Of a DNA stretch of 64,000 nt, positions 58,056 through 64,000 are shown piece by piece. Source of the DNA: the human T2T-CHM13v2.0 reference genome, Homo sapiens. Location of the stretch: the NCBI RefSeq assembly GCF_009914755.1, contig NC_060940.1; one strand, given 5' to 3'. A program made the position numbers and the translations under genes. Below the pieces are notes generated by a model. That model had not been told where the DNA came from, did not search any database, and was given only the letters and a program-made list of their open reading frames with translations. Positions within the stretch are counted from its first letter, which is position 1, and each line of letters starts with the position of its first letter.

Positions 58056-61000
58056 GGTTCCACAGGTTTCCATTCGTGTCCATTCCATTATTCCATTCTA
58101 TTCCATTTGATGATGATTCCATTCGATACCATTCATTGGTGATTCCACTCAATTCCATTCAATGATTCCATTCCATTTCTTTCAACAATGATTCCATTAC
58201 TTTCTAATCGATGATCCACTTGATTCCATTTGACGACGATTCCATTCTTGTCCATTCGATGATTCCATTTGATTCCATATGATGATGATTCCATTCGATT
58301 CCATACGATTATGATTCCATTCGAGTCCATTCAATGGTGATTCCATTCAATTCCATTCGATGATTCCTTAAGATTCCATTCGATGATGATGGCATTCGAT
58401 TCCTTTCAATCATTCCCTTTGATTCCATTCAAAGGTGATTTCATTCAAGTCCATTCGATAATTGCATTCGATTCCATTCTATGATGATTCCATTCGAGTC
58501 CATTTGATGATTCCATTCAATTCAAGTCAATGATGATTCCATTCGATTCCATTCGATGATTCCATTGGATTCCATTCGATGAAGATTCCATTCAAATCCA
58601 TTCGATAATTCAATTCAAGTCCATTCGATGATGATTGAAATCGAATCCATTCAAAGATTCCATTCAGTTCCATTCGATGATTCCCTTAGATTCCATTCGA
58701 TGATTCCACTTGATTCCATTTACGATGATTCCATTCGATTCCATGTGATGATTCCATTCAATTCTATTCAATGCTGTTTCCATTTGATTCCATTCGACCA
58801 TGATTGCCTTTGATTCCATTCAATGACTCCATTCGGTTCCTTTTGTTGATGATTCCGTTCGATTCCATTTCATTATTCCATTTGATTCCATTGGATGAGT
58901 CCATTCGATTACATTCGATGATTATTCCATTCGAGTGCATTAGATGATTCCATTCGAGTCCATTCGATGATTCCATTCGATTGCATTCGATGTTGATTCT
59001 GTTCAAATCCATTCGATGATTCCACTCGATTCCATTCGATGACTCCAGTTGATCCCATTCGATGATTTCCTTTGATTCCCTTTGATGATCATTCCATTTG
59101 ATTCAATTCGGTGATTTCATTTGATTCCATTCAGTGATGTTTCCATTCGACTCCATTCGATGATGATTCCATTCGACTCCATTCGATTATGATTTCATTC
59201 AATTCCATTCGATAATGATTCCCTTCGAGTCCATTCGATGATTCCATTCGATTCCATTCAACGATGATTTGATTCGTGTCCATTCGATGATTCCATTTGA
59301 TTCCACTTGATGATGATTCCATTCGAGTCCATTTGATGATTCCATTCAATTCCATTCTCCGATGATTTCTTTTGAGCCCATTCAATGCTTCCACTCGATT
59401 CCATATGATGATGACTCCATTCGATGAAATTCGATGATGATTCCATTCGCTTGCATTCGATGATGATTCCACTTGAGTCCATTAGAAGATTCTATTCAAT
59501 TACATTCCATGACGATTCCGTTCGAGTCCATTTGATGATTCCATTAGACTCCATTCGACGATGATTCCATTCGATGTTATTCGATGATTCCATTCGATCT
59601 CATTCGATGATGATTCCATTCAACTCCATTCGATGTTTCCATTCGAGTTCATTCTATTATTCCATTAGATTCCATTCGATGATGATTCCATTCGATTCCA
59701 TTTGATGATTGCATTCTATTTCATTTGATGATGATTCCATTCGAGTCCACTCGATGATTCCATTCGAGTCCATTTAATGAATCCATTGGTTTCAATTCTA
59801 TGATGATTACATTGGATTACATTCGTTGATGATTTCATTCGGTTCCATTCAATGATGATTCCATTCAATTCCTTTCAATGTTTCCATTCAATTCCATACG
59901 ATGATGATTCCATTTGATTTGATTCGACAGTGAGCCATTCGATTCAATTCCATGATGATTCTATTTGACTCCATTGGTTGACATTTCCATTCGATTCCAT
60001 TCGATGATGATTCCCTTTGATTCCATTCAAAGATGATTCCATTCTAGCCCATTCAATCATTCCATTCGATTCTATTCAATGATGATTCCATTCATGTCGA
60101 TTTGGTGATTCCATTTGACTTCATTTGATGATGATTCCTTTCAAGTTCATTAGATGATTCCATTCGATTCCATTTGATGATGATCCCATTCGAGTCCATT
60201 CAGTGATTCCATTCGTTTCCATTCCATGATGATTCCATTCCTTTCCATTCAATGATTCCATTCGATTCCGTTTGATGATGATTTCATTCGAGTCCATTTG
60301 ATGATTCCATTTGATTCCATTCAATGATGATTCCATTCGAGTCCATTCGATGATTCTATTCGAATCCATTTGATGATTTCTTTTGATTATAGTTGGTGAT
60401 GATTCCATTGGAGTCCATTCAATGATTCCATTCGATTCCAATCGATGGTGATTCCATTAGAGTCCATTTAATGATTCCATTTGATTCCAGTCTCTGATGA
60501 TTACATTCGAGTCCATACGATGATTCCACTCAATTCCATATGATGATGATTCCATTCGATTCCATTCGATGATTCCATTCTATTCTATTCAATGGTGATT
60601 CCATTCGAGTACATTAGATGATTCCATTCGATTCCATTCAATGATGATTCTATTTGTGTCCCTTAGATGATTCCACATGATTCCATTAGATGATGATACT
60701 ATTTCAGCCCATCCAATGATTCCCTTCGATTCCATTCGATGAGGATTCCATTCGATTCAATTCATTGGTGATTCTATTCAATTCAATTCTTTGATTCCAT
60801 TCCATTCCATTCGACAATGATTCCATTCGATTTCTTTCGATGATTCCACTCGATTCCACTTGACATTGATTTCCTTTGATTCCATTCAATGATTCCATTT
60901 GATTCCAGTGGATGATGATTGCCATCGATTCCATTCGATCACTCCATTCTATTCCATTTGATGATGATTACATTCGATTCCATTTGACGATTCCATCTGA

Positions 61001-64000
61001 TTCTATTCGAGGATTCCATTTGATTCCATTCGATGATGATTCCATTCGAGTCCATTCGATGATTTCATTCGAGTACATCCAATGATTCCATTCGAGTCCA
61101 TTTGATGATTCCATTTGATTCCATTTCATAATGATTCTACTAGAGTCCATTCAATGACTCCATTGGAGTCCATTCAACACTTCCATTCGACTCCATTTGA
61201 TGATTCCATTCGATTCCATTTGATGATTCCATTCGAGTCCATTTAATCATTACAGTCGAGTCCATTTGGTGATTCCACTGGATTTCTTTAGATAATGATA
61301 CCATTCAATTACATTTGATGATGATCCCATTCAATTTCATTTGATGATGATTCCATTAGAGTCCATTCGATGATTTCATTCGAGTCCCTTCATTGATTCC
61401 ATCCGATTTCATTGGATGATGACTCCATTCGAGTCCATTCGATGATTCCACTCGATTCCATTAGATGATTCCATTGGAGTCCATTTGATTGTTCCATTCG
61501 ATTCCATTCGATTCCTTTCGAAGATTATTCCATTTGAGTCCATTCGATGATGATTCCATTCCATTCCATTCGATGATTCCGTTTGATTCCATTCGATGAA
61601 TCCCTTCGATTCCTTTCTTTGATGATTCCATTCCATTCCATTCAATGATTCCATTCGAATCTATTCCATGATGATTCCTTTCGATTCCATTCGCTGATGT
61701 TTCCGTTCAATTCCATTCGATGATGATTCCATTCGATTCCATTCATTGAGGATTCCATTTGATTTCATTCAATGATGTTTCCGTTCTATTCCATTCAATG
61801 ATTGCATTCAATTCCATTCAATGATTATCCCCTTAGAGTAAACTCAACGATTCCATTCAATACCATTCGATGATGATTCCTTTTGAGTCCATTCAATGAT
61901 TTCATTCAAGTCCATTTGATGATTCCTTTCAATTCCATTCTATGATGATTCCATTCGAGTCCATTCGATGATTCCATTCGATTGCATTCGATTATTCCAT
62001 TATATTCCAGTCAACGATGATTCCATTCGAGTCCATTCGATGATTCCATTAGAGTACATTTAATGATTGCTTTGTTTTCAATTCGAAGATGATTACATTG
62101 GATTCCATTCTATGATACCATTCGATTCCATTCAATGATGATTCCACTCAAATCCATTGGATGATTCCATTCGTGTCCATTCGGTGATTTCATTAGATTC
62201 CATTCGAGGATGATTCCATTCGATTCCATTCGATGATTCCATTCAATTCCATTCGATGATGATTCCATTCCAGTCCATATGATCATTCCATTTGATTTCA
62301 TTCGATGATGATTCCATTCGATTCCATTCGATGATTCCATTCTATTCCATTCGATGATGATTCCATTCGAGTCCATTCGATGATTCCATTCGAGTCCATT
62401 TAATGATTCCATTGGGTTCAATTCAATGATGATTACATTGGATTCCGTTCTATGATTCCATTCAATTCCGTTCATTGACAATTTGATTCCATTCGATGAT
62501 GATTCCATTTGAGTTCATTCGATGATTCTATTCGATTCTCTTCGATGGTGATTCAATTCTATTATATTGGATGATTCCATTCGATTCCATTTGATGTTGA
62601 TTCAATTCGATTCTATTCGATGATGATTCCATTGGATTTCACTTGATGATTCTATTCGATTCCATTCAATGATGATTCACTTCTCGTCCATTGGATGATT
62701 CCATTTCATTCCATTCGATGATGATTCCATTCGATTCCATTCGATGATTCCATTTGATTCCATGCGACGGTGAGCAATTCGATTCAATTCCATGATGATT
62801 CTATTTGATTCAATTAGATGATGTTTCCATTCGAATCCATTCCACGATTATTCCATTGGAATCCATTTGGCGATGATTCCATATGAGTCAATTCAATGAT
62901 GATTCCATATGCGTCCGTTCGATGATAATTCCATTTGATTTCATTCAATGCTTCTATTCTATTCCAGTCGATGATGATTCCGTTGGAGTCCATACGATGA
63001 TTCCATTTGATTTCATTTGATGATGATTCCATTCGATGATGATTACATTGGATTCCATTCTATGATTCCATTCAATTCCATTCGTTGATGATTCGATTCC
63101 ATTCAATGATGATTCCATTTGAGTTCATTCGATGATTCTATTCGATTCCGTTCGATGGTGATTCAATTCTCTTATATTGGATGATTCCACTCGATTCCAT
63201 TTGATGATTATTCCATTGGAGTCCACTTAGTGAATCCTTTAGATTCTACTCGAAGATGATTCCATTCGAGTCCATTCAATGATACCATTCAATTTCATTC
63301 GTTGATGCTTCCATTCAAGTGCATTCGATGATATCATTCAATTCCATTTGATGATAATTCCATTTGATTCCATGCGATGATTCTATTCGATTCCATTCAA
63401 TGATAATTCCATTCAATTCAGTGATTCCTCTGGACTCCATTTGATGATGATTCCATTCAATGATTCCATTCGATTCTATTCCAAAATGATTCCATTTGAA
63501 TCCATTTGATGATGATTCCATTAGATTCCATTTGATGATTCCATTCGATTCCATTTGACGATGATTCCATTCGATTCCATTTGATGATTCCATTCTATTC
63601 TATTCGATGATGATTCCATTCGATTCCATTTGATGATTTCATTTGATTCCATTCGTTAATGATTTCGATCAACTCCATTCGTTGATTCCATTTGATTCCA
63701 TTCGATAATGATTACATCCGAGTCCATTCGATGATTCCATTTGAGCCCGTTCGATAATTCCATTTGAGTCCAATGAATGATTCCATTCATTTCCATTCAA
63801 TGATTCCATTCGAGTCCATTTGATCATTCTGGTAGGGTCCGTTCGATGTTGATTCCATTGGAGTGCATTCGATGATTCCATTCGAGTCCATTTTATGATT
63901 TGATTCGAGTCCTTTCGATGATTCCATTCGATTCCACTCGATGATGATTTCATTCGAGTCCATTCGACACTTCCAATCGATTCCATTTGATGTTTCCATT
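58056..64000 (+). repeat. L higher-order unit close to the ancestral 6112-bp form (projected 6086 bp, truncated by the window end)
   Basis: Collinear with 5528-11520 at offsets 52528, then 52603, then 52479. It lacks the 75-bp deletion and the 98-bp duplication and has a private 26-bp deletion near 63630. Confidence 0.88.

Larger units (their letters stand above)
1..64000 (+). repeat. Human satellite II (HSat2/HSATII) pericentromeric tandem array, probably HSat2B-type
   Basis: Continuous degenerate ATTCCATTCG/GAGTCCATTCG decamers punctuated by ATG or ATGATG, giving 23- and 26-bp units, with very dense TCGA. No long pure (CATTC)n runs as in HSat3. The subfamily and chromosome are inferred only from the ~6.1 kb period. 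Confidence 0.98.

Noticed and set aside
522-63999. About 170 minus-strand ORFs (MESSNGIEWNHRM-like), the longest 193 aa at 27412-27993
   Set aside because: They are direct translations of (GAATG/ATC) satellite units, which supply many ATGs and few stops on that strand. They overlap in several frames, recur at repeat offsets and show no domain-like content.
1-64000. CRISPR-like repeat-spacer array
   Set aside because: There are no unique spacers between constant repeats and no cas genes; it is continuous degenerate tandem satellite.
1-64000. Inversions, Alu/L1 insertions, alpha satellite or CENP-B boxes, telomeric repeats
   Set aside because: None seen: no GAATG-strand switch, poly-A tail, 171-bp monomer or TTAGGG array. 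The isolated ttaggg near 20477 and its copies are single hexamers.

Overview
The whole 64 kb window is one uninterrupted, single-orientation array of human-type classical satellite II (HSat2). It is built from CATTCGATTC-derived 23/26-bp units (consensus roughly ATTCCATTCG ATTCCATTCG ATG[ATG]), with CATTC on the + strand throughout. I see no gene, RNA gene, transposon, CRISPR array or inversion, and every ORF in the track is a translation artefact of the satellite. The informative content is higher-order structure. A landmark occurring once per unit (CGTACG at 5432, 11567, 17702, 21770, 33347, 37474, 44629, 51768, 57960) gives unit lengths of 6135, 6135, 4068, 11577, 4127, 7155, 7139 and 6192 bp. 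These resolve into a long unit (L, 6112 bp after correcting for indels), a short unit (S, about 4.1 kb) and one composite unit (X) containing single-copy diverged sequence. Recent tandem duplications of 6135, 7139, 1031 (x3), 836 and 98 bp are superimposed. The ~6.1 kb period suggests the HSat2B family, best known from the chr16 pericentromere (inference). The most interesting inference is that L and S are both deletion derivatives of an ~11 kb progenitor unit that is largely preserved at 21.9-31.5 kb. All comparisons were made by eye and from ORF-track offsets, so breakpoints are approximate. I found no evidence for a new protein- or RNA-encoding system.
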